Source of the DNA: an uncultured Oligoflexus sp.
GTDB taxonomy: Bacteria; Bdellovibrionota_B; Oligoflexia; Oligoflexales; Oligoflexaceae
Direction: 5' to 3'
DNA length: 14,975 nucleotides
Assembly: GCA_964236955.1 (NCBI GenBank)
Contig: CAXSGP010000082.1
Span: forward strand, 1-14,975
The translations under genes and the position numbers were made by a program. The notes beneath the pieces were generated by a model. The model did no database searches. It had not been told where the DNA came from and was given only the letters and a program-made list of their open reading frames with translations. Below are positions 1 through 9,698 of this stretch, piece after piece (the first letter of the stretch is position 1; the number at the start of each line of letters is the position of its first letter).

Positions 1-55
1 CTGCGTTACTGGGGATGTTCGACGTTGGCGTAGCCAAACGTCAACAGCCCCTAAC

Positions 56-547
56 TCACTTATCTGCGCGCGCCCGTAAGATCTCCGCAACATCGATTTT
101 CTTCATTTTCATCATTGCATCAAACGCACGCTTGGCTGCTGCCAGATCGCTGCCAGCCAACGCCTCGGTCAAGGCTATCGGGGTAATCTGCCAGGACACA
201 CCCCATTTGTCCTTGCACCAGCCGCACTGGCTTTCCTCCCCACCATTGCCGATGATGGCATTCCAATAGCGGTCAGTCTCGGCTTGATCCACTGTTGCAA
301 GCTGGAATGAGAAGGCTTCATTGGGTTTAATTTCCGGACCACCATTTAGACCGATGCAGGCTATGCCAAGCACAGTGAATTCGACAAGCAGGACATCGCC
401 CTTTTTGCCACTGGGATAATCGGCCGGTGCCCGCTGCACGCTATGAATCCGACTGTCAGGAAAAGTTTTGCAATAAAAATGAGCGGCCTCCTCGCTGTCC
501 CGGTCGTACCACAAACAGATCCTAGCCTTTGGAATGATACTGGCCAT
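56..547 (-). CDS. VOC/glyoxalase-fold protein, PhnB / 3-demethylubiquinone-9 3-methyltransferase-like family
   Basis: 163 aa ORF with family motifs CLWYD...EEAAHFY, GLNGGP, EAFSFQ, DQAETDRYWNA, CGWCKDKWGVSWQI and AMMKMKKID. Confidence 0.92.
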   Translation of the reverse strand: MASIIPKARICLWYDRDSEEAAHFYCKTFPDSRIHSVQRAPADYPSGKKGDVLLVEFTVLGIACIGLNGGPEIKPNEAFSFQLATVDQAETDRYWNAIIGNGGEESQCGWCKDKWGVSWQITPIALTEALAGSDLAAAKRAFDAMMKMKKIDVAEILRARADK

Positions 548-733
548 AAGTTTCTCCGCAATTCATAGAGTTATTGTAAAATAAGATTCGCCCATCATTT
601 TTGGCATATTGCCTCCCTGAAATACAGCTTTTTCAGATAAAGGCTACCAGGGATATCCCCCCCTACGTCTACTGGCCTCTTCACTCAGTCTTTGAGATAA
701 TCCCCAAACGCCTTCCGCCATCGCCCCGATCTC

Positions 734-3052
734 CTACCATCGCTCCATCGCCTGATGCGCCGTTACATAAATCATATTTACCACCTCTTCCGTCGTCGCA
801 CTGATCTGCAGAACATTCGAAGGTCGCTTCATCCCGTGCAGAATAGGTCCGATCAAGGAAGCATCACCAATCTGAGCCATCATCTTATAAGCGATATTTG
901 CTGAAGCAAGATCCGGAAAAATCAATATATTGGCGTTTCCCGTCAGACGACAAAAGGGAAACTCACGTTTTCTAAGTTCCGCATCCAGCGCAACATCGAC
1001 CTGCATCTCACCATCGACCTCCAGATCGGGTCGACGCTGGCGAACGATTTGAACGGCTTCCGCCGCCTTGAGACTGAAAGGTGACCGATTGGACCCAAAA
1101 CTTGCAAAGTTCAGCATTGCGATGCGAATCGGCTCCCTGGTGTAGCGCTCCGCAACTGCCGCCGTGCTTAGAGCTATTTCCGCAAGCATCTCTGCACTCG
1201 GGTTTTCATGGATCGTGCAATCCGCAAAGAACAGCTGCCTTTCTTTTTGCATAACCATATAGACGCCAGCCAAAGTATGTTCAGGCTCCACCCCTATTAT
1301 CTCCAGCAAGGGCTTGATCGAAGGACTATAGGGTTCAACAACGCCCGAGATAACGCCATCCACATCGCCTGCTTCAAGCATCATTGCCGCGAAGTAATTG
1401 TAATTGTGAAGCAGCTGACGGGCTCCGCTTTGCGAAACCCCTTTGCGCTGCCGCAACTGAAAGAGCCGCGCCGCATAGTGGTCAAAGATAGGGGCATGAA
1501 CCGGGGTGATGATATCAACCTTCGATCGAAAGTTGTTAAGTCCAAAGCTTTCGGCCTGCGCGAGAATCCGCTCTTCATCACCGATCAAAGTGATATGCAT
1601 TGAACCTCCATCGATTACCTCAGCGGCAGCACGCAGGATGCGTCGATCATAGGAGTTAGGGAAAACGATTCTTGGCGTGCGGCGTTTATCTTTACGAATC
1701 CTGCGAATATCTCTTTGGATTGCACGCATCATGCTTTGTGTCGGTCCAAGGATATGTTCAATTTGCTCTGCATAGCCTTCGATATCGATAGGCCTTCGAG
1801 CAACGCCAGAATCCATCGCCGCCTTCGCTACGGCAGGCGCAACATGAAAGAGCACACGGGGATCGACAGGCTTAGGAATCAGATAGTCGCGTCCAAACTG
1901 ATAGTTCTCGCCGTCTTTATAAGCCTTCATTACGACATCCGGAACACTCTCTCTCGCTAGGGCGGCGATTGCCCGCACGGCAGCGAGCTTCATTTCTTCA
2001 TTGATTACGCTAGCCCGCACATCGAGAGCACCCCGAAAAATAAAGGGAAAACCCAAAACATTGTTTACCTGATTGGGAAAGTCGGAGCGTCCGGTGGCAA
2101 CGATGGCATCCGCACGAACCGCCCGCGCTGCATCGGGCCGGATTTCAGGCTCGGGGTTCGCCAGGGCAAAAATTATCGGATTGACCGCCATACCCTGTAT
2201 CATTTCGGCGGAAAGTGCCCGTGCTACCGAAACTCCAACGAAGGCATCGGCACCGCGCAAGGCCTCCTGAAGGGTCCGCAGCGGAGTATCCAAGGCAAAT
2301 CGGGCTTTATACTTATTTAAACCCTCGCGCCTTTTGTGGACAACGCCCTTGCTGTCACAAAGCATCAGGTGCTCGGGTTTGACCCCGAGCGACACGAAAA
2401 GATTGGCACAGGCGATTGCCGCAGCACCGGCTCCGGAAAAAACTACGCGGACCTTTTCTATTGATTTACCGGCCACCTCGAGTGCATTGAGAAAGGCCGC
2501 CGAGGCAATGATGGCCGTACCATGCTGATCATCATGAAAGACCGGAATCTGCATCATCTCGCGGAGTTTTTCCTCGATATAGAAACATTCCGGAGCTTTG
2601 ATATCCTCGAGGTTGATTCCCCCAAAAGTCGGCTCCAAAGCTTTGACACAGGCGATGAATTGATCGGGATCATCGGCATCGATCTCGATATCGAATACAT
2701 CGATATCAGCAAATTTTTTGAACAGCATGGCCTTGCCTTCCATTACCGGTTTGGAGGCATAGGGGCCAATATCACCCAGACCTAATACTGCGGTGCCGTT
2801 GGTGATAACCCCGACCAGGTTGCCGCGACCCGTATAGCGAAACGACTCCTCCCTATTTTTAGCGATCTCAAGACAAGGCATAGCCACGCCAGGAGAGTAG
2901 GCGAGAGTGAGATCCTTTTGCGTTGCGGCTGGCTTTTTGATACCTGTGAATATTTTTCCCGCCGGGGATCGCTCATGATAATCCAGCGCTTCCCGTTCCA
3001 TTTGCTTTTGAATCACGTCCGCAGTATCGCCTTCAGGTTTTTGACTGCTCAT
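734..3052 (-). CDS. maeB: NADP-dependent malic enzyme fused to a phosphotransacetylase-like domain (hybrid MaeB)
   Basis: Malic enzyme motifs [45 protein letters not shown] and [13 protein letters not shown]-terminal PTA-like domain with [19 protein letters not shown] and GPIL. Start placed at ATG 3052 (MSSQKP, purine-rich AGGAAAGAAGG upstream) rather than the TTG at 3133. Confidence 0.96.
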   Translation of the reverse strand: MSSQKPEGDTADVIQKQMEREALDYHERSPAGKIFTGIKKPAATQKDLTLAYSPGVAMPCLEIAKNREESFRYTGRGNLVGVITNGTAVLGLGDIGPYASKPVMEGKAMLFKKFADIDVFDIEIDADDPDQFIACVKALEPTFGGINLEDIKAPECFYIEEKLREMMQIPVFHDDQHGTAIIASAAFLNALEVAGKSIEKVRVVFSGAGAAAIACANLFVSLGVKPEHLMLCDSKGVVHKRREGLNKYKARFALDTPLRTLQEALRGADAFVGVSVARALSAEMIQGMAVNPIIFALANPEPEIRPDAARAVRADAIVATGRSDFPNQVNNVLGFPFIFRGALDVRASVINEEMKLAAVRAIAALARESVPDVVMKAYKDGENYQFGRDYLIPKPVDPRVLFHVAPAVAKAAMDSGVARRPIDIEGYAEQIEHILGPTQSMMRAIQRDIRRIRKDKRRTPRIVFPNSYDRRILRAAAEVIDGGSMHITLIGDEERILAQAESFGLNNFRSKVDIITPVHAPIFDHYAARLFQLRQRKGVSQSGARQLLHNYNYFAAMMLEAGDVDGVISGVVEPYSPSIKPLLEIIGVEPEHTLAGVYMVMQKERQLFFADCTIHENPSAEMLAEIALSTAAVAERYTREPIRIAMLNFASFGSNRSPFSLKAAEAVQIVRQRRPDLEVDGEMQVDVALDAELRKREFPFCRLTGNANILIFPDLASANIAYKMMAQIGDASLIGPILHGMKRPSNVLQISATTEEVVNMIYVTAHQAMERW

Positions 3053-3464
3053 TCGGCCTTCTTTCCTGCTGTGGTTTTGGTCATTAGAAACTCTTCGCGC
3101 CCTCATGCTAACGTCCACAATATACGCTGTCAAACGCTAGTCAAAGACCTGGTGCCGGTGAACTTTGCATGACCAAGGAAAACCCCTCACAGGGCAAAGG
3201 CATTTGCTGAAGCTTTAATACTATAAATATTTCGGAAAGTTCTCAGGCCAACCCAAAGGGAGAGCATCGGCTCATCCCCATCACGTCGGGAAACAATTAA
3301 AACTCTTCAAAATTCCGCCCGCCGTCAATTAATCCACTGGCGAATAATTCTATAACCACCTGAAATTTAACAAAAATACAGCAAGCCAAAACTTAATTTA
3401 ACTTCCGCAGGAAGGCGACCGAAGATATTGAAAGCCGACGAACAAGTCTTGGGGAAACGACTTT

Positions 3465-4190
3465 ATGATTAAAGTGAGCATTTTAAACTTAGGGCTGGCC
3501 ATAGGGTTGTTAGGCTGTGGTTACACCAAAACGCAGCGCATTATCCCCGAGCCAAATTTAAATGTCATTCCCTATGGTGGCGGTAACGCTTTACCAGGCG
3601 CTGACGCCGTGCCCGGTCCCTCGGCACCCCCTACACCACTGGTCAGCTGGAATAAAGCCGTCGATGACCTTATTCCTCCGACCTACGAAGGCGACATCAA
3701 GCCTAAGCTCGATACCTTTTGCATCTCTTGTCATACCGGAGCGGCAGCTAAAGCGGGCCTTGATTTAAGTAGCTTCGATAACGTCAAGACTAATATCGCG
3801 AAAATTGCCAATGTCGTGGAATTGGGCAAGATGCCTCCGGCCGCGAATCAACTTGACGACGAAAAGCAAGAAGAGCTCGAACGCTTGACCGGCTTCGCCA
3901 AGGATTGGGCCCGAGCCCCTTCCAACTTTGCCAACTCATTGGCGGATTTAAGCTCCTTGAACTTCGTCTCCGATATATCACCCTTAAATGACAAGATCTG
4001 CGCCACCTGCCACTCAGGCCCCGACGCAAAAGCGAATCTGCACCTGGCAAGCCGTATCGATTGGAGCAATAACTATGAAGCGGCGATGGCTGCTCTGAAC
4101 AAGGGCATTATGCCCCCAGGAATGGATTCCGAACGCCGTAGCCGCATGATCCTACTCTTCACGGAGTGGAATGCGCGTAAACTTCCTTGA
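3465..4190 (+). CDS. Lipoprotein with two tandem c-type cytochrome domains (di-heme)
   Basis: Signal peptide ending LLGC and a Pro-rich linker. Two repeats, each with CxxCH (CISCH, CATCH) and a downstream MPP as the likely Met axial ligand. GGGGA RBS upstream. Confidence 0.85.
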   Translation: MIKVSILNLGLAIGLLGCGYTKTQRIIPEPNLNVIPYGGGNALPGADAVPGPSAPPTPLVSWNKAVDDLIPPTYEGDIKPKLDTFCISCHTGAAAKAGLDLSSFDNVKTNIAKIANVVELGKMPPAANQLDDEKQEELERLTGFAKDWARAPSNFANSLADLSSLNFVSDISPLNDKICATCHSGPDAKANLHLASRIDWSNNYEAAMAALNKGIMPPGMDSERRSRMILLFTEWNARKLP

Positions 4191-4537
4191 GGATTTAGCT
4201 CTTGGGCAAAGGCATAAATCGCCAAGGTCCTGGCTGCCAATAATTGATAATTTTCATCCGGGGTCCTCCGTCAAGCTCACGCTTAGTCGGAGGATCTTAT
4301 ATTTAACGCTGCGATTTAAAGACCTTGGCATAATTCTTACCTCTGGAAATCGCTTTTTTGCCCCGTCTAATTCCACGTTCCGCATGCCTTGCTCACGCAC
4401 GATCTGTTGTTCGGGCAAATATTTATTGTTTTTTTTCAGCCTAAGGAATCGGCTTTAATCAGTTGTATTATCTGGCCTAATTAAATTGCGAAAAAAAAGA
4501 CTAAAGTATCGACCATAAAAAAGCATCCTTTCAGGGC

Positions 4538-4564
4538 TTTAGAAAAGCCGGTAAATGCCGATAT
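4538..4564 (+). promoter_or_regulatory. Putative sigma-28 (FliA)-type promoter
   Basis: TTTA-N15-GCCGATAT versus the consensus TAAA-N15-GCCGATAA, about 30 nt upstream of ATG 4596. Confidence 0.5.
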
Positions 4565-4595
4565 AGGGTCACTGCAATTTTTGAAAGGCGAACTT

Positions 4596-6419
4596 ATGAA
4601 CTGGAAGAGAATAGTAGCGGCCATTACCCTATTCGCCTTTCTTATCTCCTGTAAACCGATAGGAGGGGAAGATACCACTCTTCAAGCGGTCGCTCCCAAA
4701 GCCAGCGCCCTCGATCTCATCAAAGCGGATTGTGACAAGGTCTGTGCAAAGATAAAAAATAAAATGGTACTTGCCTTCGTTGGCGGCGAAGAACCGGCTG
4801 CCGAATCCGTAGTTAAATTCGGCGACGCAAAACTGCTGTGGAGCTTTTCCAAATATCTGCAGAAGCGCAAAGCCCGTAAAGACGTGAAAGTTACTGAAAA
4901 GCGGGATGCAGGAACTACCGGCACGACTCCACCTGATAAAGGAGCAAAAACCACCACGGGTGCGGGTTTCTTTACGAAACACTTCGCCATTACCGCAGCC
5001 GGGCTTGTGATGAGTACTTCGAACAACGTACGGGAGATATTGAAGGCCGGTGGCACAAAGATGGACGCCGCCCAGGTTGCTGACGCCAAAAAAGAGGAAA
5101 CCAAGGTAAAACATTTCTGGGAAAAACCCAAGGCCGACGCCGGAGTTGGTGTAGCAAAATTGACGACTGCACAGAAAACCGCACTTGTAAAAAAGCAGAC
5201 TGCAGCGATCAAAGCTCAGACCGAGGCCATCAAAAAAGGATCAGGACTTTTTAAACTTCAAGGCGGTGCCACCAAATCAACGTTTAGCTTTTCTTCAGCC
5301 CTGGCGAAATTCAAGAAAACTGAAAAAATGCGTGTGAGTACGAACGTAGAGGTGAAAACTGTAGCTGCAAAACTGACGGCTGAAGCCTGGGTAGGCGCTA
5401 TGGTTCTTAACCGCCCCGTCGGCGGCAGTAAATTGCTGCAGTTGATTGCTTCGGCTGGGATGGATGCTCCAAACACCACAAAGACTAAAGCTACCGCGGG
5501 TTTGAGGTTGGTATTTTTTGGTGTCGATGTACCTGGTACGACCAAGCAGGTAGGCGCCACCTTGATTGATAAAGTGTTTCCCGTTCCGGCGATCCCATCG
5601 GCTAACATTCCTATCTATGGTTTCCCTGCCGGTGGTATTACGGCTGAAATTCAACTCATTCCTTCGACCGGCCTTGGCATAGATGTTGATGTAAAAAAAG
5701 CCGGAATGTTCACTATGTCCTTTATCCCCGCAATTAGCATGGTAATGAGCGTAACCGTTGGTGCCCAGGCGGCTGTTCTTACTCTTGGAGTCGAAGGTAC
5801 CACAACGATATTGGCTTTTGAAGTCCCATTGAGTGTGACGATGGGTGGTGATATCAAAGGGGGCCTCTACTATACAGGTATCAACTACGTTGGAGTGAAA
5901 GTCTCAGCTCTTGGGGGAACAGGTATTAGCCTGGTTGCCAAGCTTGATGTTCCAAGTCCGTTTAACTATGTTCTTTGGGGCGTATTGTCGGCAGCTACGA
6001 TTGCGGGCTTTAAATTGCCCGGTGAACTTGGATTCGGGGAAACCGCTTATAAGTACGCTTATCCACTCTGGGAACCCGAATTTAAACTTGAAATTGCTCG
6101 CACAACCAAGAAATCCGGGCCCCGCATGGTTAAGTTACCGGCGAAACCAACACCGGCTCAATGCACCAAGCTAAAGACTAACATTGACGCTCACCTGGCA
6201 GCGGCAAAACTAGAAGTTGATACCAAAAAGGATGCGACACTTACAGCAATCGACACCGGCATCAACGAGATGTTGAATCAGATTCAAAAAGCGATCATGG
6301 GTAAGTGTGTGGGTGGCGGAACCGCCAAAGGCGGCGCTACCGCCAAGGGCGGCGCGACCCCAGCAAAAGCGGGAACCACCAAGGCTCCTGCCAAGGCACC
6401 AGCTAAAAAGACCAAATAA
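4596..6419 (+). CDS. Lys/Ala-rich lipoprotein with a long amphipathic beta-strand region; putative MTP/vitellogenin-like lipid-binding beta-sheet protein
   Basis: ATG 4596 after AAAGG. Signal MNWKRIVAAITLFAFLISC has a canonical lipobox (LISC). The central region shows alternating hydrophobic strands (LRLVFFGVDV, GITAEIQL, FIPAISMVMSVTVG, LGVEGTTTI) and the C-terminus is a basic low-complexity tail. The CDS is secure; the product call is inference. Confidence 0.6.
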   Translation: MNWKRIVAAITLFAFLISCKPIGGEDTTLQAVAPKASALDLIKADCDKVCAKIKNKMVLAFVGGEEPAAESVVKFGDAKLLWSFSKYLQKRKARKDVKVTEKRDAGTTGTTPPDKGAKTTTGAGFFTKHFAITAAGLVMSTSNNVREILKAGGTKMDAAQVADAKKEETKVKHFWEKPKADAGVGVAKLTTAQKTALVKKQTAAIKAQTEAIKKGSGLFKLQGGATKSTFSFSSALAKFKKTEKMRVSTNVEVKTVAAKLTAEAWVGAMVLNRPVGGSKLLQLIASAGMDAPNTTKTKATAGLRLVFFGVDVPGTTKQVGATLIDKVFPVPAIPSANIPIYGFPAGGITAEIQLIPSTGLGIDVDVKKAGMFTMSFIPAISMVMSVTVGAQAAVLTLGVEGTTTILAFEVPLSVTMGGDIKGGLYYTGINYVGVKVSALGGTGISLVAKLDVPSPFNYVLWGVLSAATIAGFKLPGELGFGETAYKYAYPLWEPEFKLEIARTTKKSGPRMVKLPAKPTPAQCTKLKTNIDAHLAAAKLEVDTKKDATLTAIDTGINEMLNQIQKAIMGKCVGGGTAKGGATAKGGATPAKAGTTKAPAKAPAKKTK

Positions 6420-6487
6420 CCAAAGGGTGGGCAGCGTATGCCCACCCATTGGCTAGAAAGAAAGCGGGGCGGGAAAATATTTCCCGC
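6420..6487 (+). other. Two GC-rich intergenic stem-loops without a U-tract
   Basis: GGGTGGGCA-gcgta-TGCCCACCC (6425-6447, extendable by CCAA/TTGG to 6420-6452) and GCGGGAAA-ata-TTTCCCGC (6469-6487). Confidence 0.65.
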
Positions 6488-6541
6488 TGAAAAATGAGAA
6501 CATAGCGGCTAAGCGATGCTGCTGCCTTCGGAGCGAAACTT

Positions 6542-8410
6542 ATGGACAAGAAGACTTTAAGTATTGCCACAGCCCTAGTCCTGGCCATAGGCTTTGGAAT
6601 AGCCGGCTTCCACTACTTCCCAAAAATGGAGAAGGGTTCTGAAGTCACCGTTGGTGACGAGCAGACCAGCTATGAGGTAACCGTCAGTAGCAACTATTCC
6701 ACCGCAAAACAGGATGACGTTATACTTGATCTGGCAGGAACCCTTCTGGTGCATGAGCAGGCTACCAACCAGCTGGTTTCGGAATGGAGCGCGATAAGCT
6801 CCCTAACCGTGATGAACGTTGCCACTGCAACCGAAGACATCTTGAATTTCCCGGCCGTTTCTGCATTGGAGCAAGGGGAAATGGTCCACTACGTTCAGGC
6901 CGATTTTCCGCAGGCCTATTCGGGATTTCAAAAGGAAATACTCTCCCGATTTTTCCTTCCCATCCCTATCAGGGCCGCTCCCGAAATCTATCATACCGAA
7001 CGTGAGGGTAAAAACCTCTTCCGCGTCAAGTACCTGGTGAGCGAGATCAACCAGGGCTTTGAGGTAACGAGAAGCTGGATTCAAAATCTCCAGGGTGATA
7101 TCGAAACCGATCCCAAAGCCAATGGTTTTCACTATCAGTATAATGCTGAAGGCAAGCTTTTGAGCATGTCGGGCACGCTTACCTTTATCGGCACCGACCA
7201 CGAAAACCTGCCCTTCCGTTTGACCACAAAAATCACTATGAACAAAGGGGAAACCAAAACCCTGGCCGCAGACAAAAAAGTCTATCAAAACCCCCGTGAT
7301 ATGATCGTTGCCGAGGCCCAAAAACCGGTTCGGCAGGATTCCGATAAACTTCGTCCCATAAAAGAGGTTTTTGAAGCCGTCGATAATCTCACCGCCGAGG
7401 ACACGCCTCAGGATAGAGCCGACCTTTATCTCGAAATGGCGAAAATTCTAAGTGAGAATCCGGATACACTTTCCGAATTCAAATCGAAAGTTTTAAGTAT
7501 GGATGCCGGCACGGGTCAGTCCAAATTTCAAATGAATCTCATTTTCAGCGTCCTGGCAGGATCAGAAACCGCGGCTGGGTCAGAGGTTCTGGCTGACCTC
7601 TTCTCAACGGACTGTAAGATCGAGTTTTGCCGGGAAATGGCGATCAGCGCCTACGGCATGCATTCCAATGTATCGCTTGATAGCGCCCAAAAGGTTCTTC
7701 ATGTCGCCGAAACTGACGAAGCGGCTGATATGGCGTTTAATGCGTATCTAGGCGCCGGTGCAGCGGGCCGCATCCTGGGCGATCGATTTGCCGAATTGCG
7801 TCCGAGCCTATTAAAAGCTGCAAAAGCCGCTGACGAAGACAAGGATTTTACCAAGAAGGCTCTTATCGTACGCGCCATCGGCAATACCGGGGACAGAGCC
7901 TTCCTCCCGGTCCTGACGGAAGGCATTAAATCGGAAGACCACCTGACCAAAAATATGTCTTATTACGCTTTGCGGTTCATCCCAGGGGACGACGTCAATG
8001 ATTTGCTTGTGCACTCGCTTGAAACCGAAGCGAACGAATTAACCGCTACTGAAATCATTCGCTCTGCCGGCCTCCGTCAATTCTCAAAGGCGGAATTGGA
8101 AAGGCTTGGCGAAAAAGTGCCGACCTGGGGGGAAAACGATTCTGATCTCACCGTAAATACGGTCAATATCCTTCTAACGGCCTATCATAGAAATCCAGAG
8201 GATTCCGAGAAGATTCTGGAAAGCCTGAAGGGACGTGTGAAATCCAAAGACCTTAAGGCTTACATCGAAGCAGGCATGAACCCTCTGGGACCAACGCCAG
8301 ACGATGCAGGGAATGTTGCTGAGGAACCCAAAGCTGGTGAAGAAGATGAGGGGGACGCCGCCGACAGTAATGCAGCACCCGCCAGCGACTCGGATGCTGA
8401 TAAAGAATAG
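6542..8410 (+). CDS. N-terminally anchored protein with a beta-rich N-domain and HEAT-like helical domain; putative Vitellogenin_N/MTP N-terminal module
   Basis: GGAG RBS and an N-terminal hydrophobic segment. Beta-rich region contains QKEILSRF...TEREGKNLFRVKY. Helical repeats include RAIGNTG...FLPVL and SYYALRFI...VNDLL. Acidic tail. HEAT-like call is fairly secure; the LLTP call is inference. Confidence 0.65.
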   Translation: MDKKTLSIATALVLAIGFGIAGFHYFPKMEKGSEVTVGDEQTSYEVTVSSNYSTAKQDDVILDLAGTLLVHEQATNQLVSEWSAISSLTVMNVATATEDILNFPAVSALEQGEMVHYVQADFPQAYSGFQKEILSRFFLPIPIRAAPEIYHTEREGKNLFRVKYLVSEINQGFEVTRSWIQNLQGDIETDPKANGFHYQYNAEGKLLSMSGTLTFIGTDHENLPFRLTTKITMNKGETKTLAADKKVYQNPRDMIVAEAQKPVRQDSDKLRPIKEVFEAVDNLTAEDTPQDRADLYLEMAKILSENPDTLSEFKSKVLSMDAGTGQSKFQMNLIFSVLAGSETAAGSEVLADLFSTDCKIEFCREMAISAYGMHSNVSLDSAQKVLHVAETDEAADMAFNAYLGAGAAGRILGDRFAELRPSLLKAAKAADEDKDFTKKALIVRAIGNTGDRAFLPVLTEGIKSEDHLTKNMSYYALRFIPGDDVNDLLVHSLETEANELTATEIIRSAGLRQFSKAELERLGEKVPTWGENDSDLTVNTVNILLTAYHRNPEDSEKILESLKGRVKSKDLKAYIEAGMNPLGPTPDDAGNVAEEPKAGEEDEGDAADSNAAPASDSDADKE

Positions 8411-8438
8411 TTCCGTCAAGCTTTCGTATGAGTCCTCG

Positions 8439-8477
8439 AAAAAAGGCGCCCCAGCTGTTTAAGCTGCGGTGCCTTTT
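8439..8477 (+). terminator. Intrinsic terminator, possibly bidirectional
   Basis: AAAAGGCGCC-c-CAGCT-gttta-AGCTG-c-GGTGCCTTTT hairpin about 30 nt after the stop at 8410. Confidence 0.7.
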
Positions 8478-8711
8478 GCCTTGTCTGGGCTCAAAATTCC
8501 TTCTAATAACGCCCTTTTGGCATCATGCAGATCGAGCCATTATAAGGGTCTGACTGTAAAATAATCGGAACTCAAGCTGCCAGCAGCATTCCCAGGCTGG
8601 TTAGCCTCCAATAAAGTTCATGGTTTAGAGAGGGTTCCCACGCTATAATAGGAGGGCCTTCCCCAGAGTGCAGCTATATTTCTTAAAGTCATAGAATTGA
8701 GAGGGTACGTT

Positions 8712-9683
8712 ATGCTTATCAAAATCAAGGACCCGACCGAGGCAACCGCCCAGCAGGTAACCCCCTACGATGTTTATTTGAGCCGGCGCAAATTCATGGA
8801 AGGAGCCTTAGCTACGGCCACAGTTCTTGGAACCAGCGCTTTTTTTGAAAATGCAATTTTATCGTCCGAACTCTACGCCGCGGGTCAGGGCAAATTTCCA
8901 CCCTACAAAAAAGATGGAAGCTATAAAAGCGATGAGGCTCTCACACCGAAAAAGGATGTGACGTCCTATAATAATTATTATGAATTCGGTACCGACAAAT
9001 CCGACCCCGTGCATACATCCTTAGCCTTCACAACGGATTCCTGGAAAGTATCCGTGGAAGGTTTGGTCGAAAAACCTCGCAGTTATGACCTCGCCGAACT
9101 TATTAAACCCTATGCCCTGCAAGAGCGAATCTATCGACTGCGCTGTGTCGAGGGTTGGTCCATGGTCATCCCCTGGATTGGGATTCCGCTCGCCGATTTA
9201 ATCAAAGACCTTAAACCGACGGCTAAGGCCCGATATATCGAGTTCACGACTTTAAACGACGCCAAGCGTATGCCGGGGCAAAAAAGTGGGGTTCTCGATT
9301 GGCCTTATGTTGAAGGCCTGCGTCTGGACGAAGCGCTTCACCCGCTCAGTTTTCTTGCTATAGGGCTTTACGGGGATTATCTGCCGAATCAAAACGGAGC
9401 GCCGCTGCGTTTGGTTGTGCCTTGGAAATATGGCTTTAAAAGCATCAAGGCGATTGTAAAAATAGCTTTGAAGGAGACCGAGCCTTCAACCACCTGGAAT
9501 AGGATGGCGGCGCAGGAATATGGCTTTTATGCAAACGTTAACCCAAAAGTTGATCATCCACGTTGGACCCAGTCGAAGGAGCGGAGGATCGGGGAATTCT
9601 TCAAACGGGAAACCAAAGTCTTTAACGGATACGATGCCGTGGCATCGCTTTATCAAGGCATGGACTTAAAGAAAAACTACTAA
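8712..9683 (+). CDS. msrP: Protein-methionine-sulfoxide reductase catalytic subunit MsrP (YedY)
   Basis: Tat signal SRRKFM. Motifs YNNYYEFGTDK, RLRCVEGWSMVIPW (Mo-ligating Cys), WPYVEGLRLDEA, QNGAPLRLVVPWKYGFKSIK and EYGFYANVNP. ATG 8712 follows GAGGG. Confidence 0.97.
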   Translation: MLIKIKDPTEATAQQVTPYDVYLSRRKFMEGALATATVLGTSAFFENAILSSELYAAGQGKFPPYKKDGSYKSDEALTPKKDVTSYNNYYEFGTDKSDPVHTSLAFTTDSWKVSVEGLVEKPRSYDLAELIKPYALQERIYRLRCVEGWSMVIPWIGIPLADLIKDLKPTAKARYIEFTTLNDAKRMPGQKSGVLDWPYVEGLRLDEALHPLSFLAIGLYGDYLPNQNGAPLRLVVPWKYGFKSIKAIVKIALKETEPSTTWNRMAAQEYGFYANVNPKVDHPRWTQSKERRIGEFFKRETKVFNGYDAVASLYQGMDLKKNY

Positions 9684-9698
9684 ATCAGGTAAAACTCC

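Noticed and set aside
734..3052. Malic enzyme-phosphotransacetylase fusion as a novelty
   Set aside because: This is the well-known MaeB architecture.
4185..4329. Imperfect hairpin after the cytochrome gene and a 9-bp inverted repeat GCCAAGGTC/GACCTTGGC (4221, 4321) as MITE ends or an ncRNA
   Set aside because: Short and imperfect, with no target-site duplication or U-tract; compatible with chance.
1208..8419. Many 60-176 aa ORFs antisense to or overlapping maeB, the cytochrome and the two large genes
   Set aside because: They are shadow frames of clear coding regions, with no motifs or RBS support.
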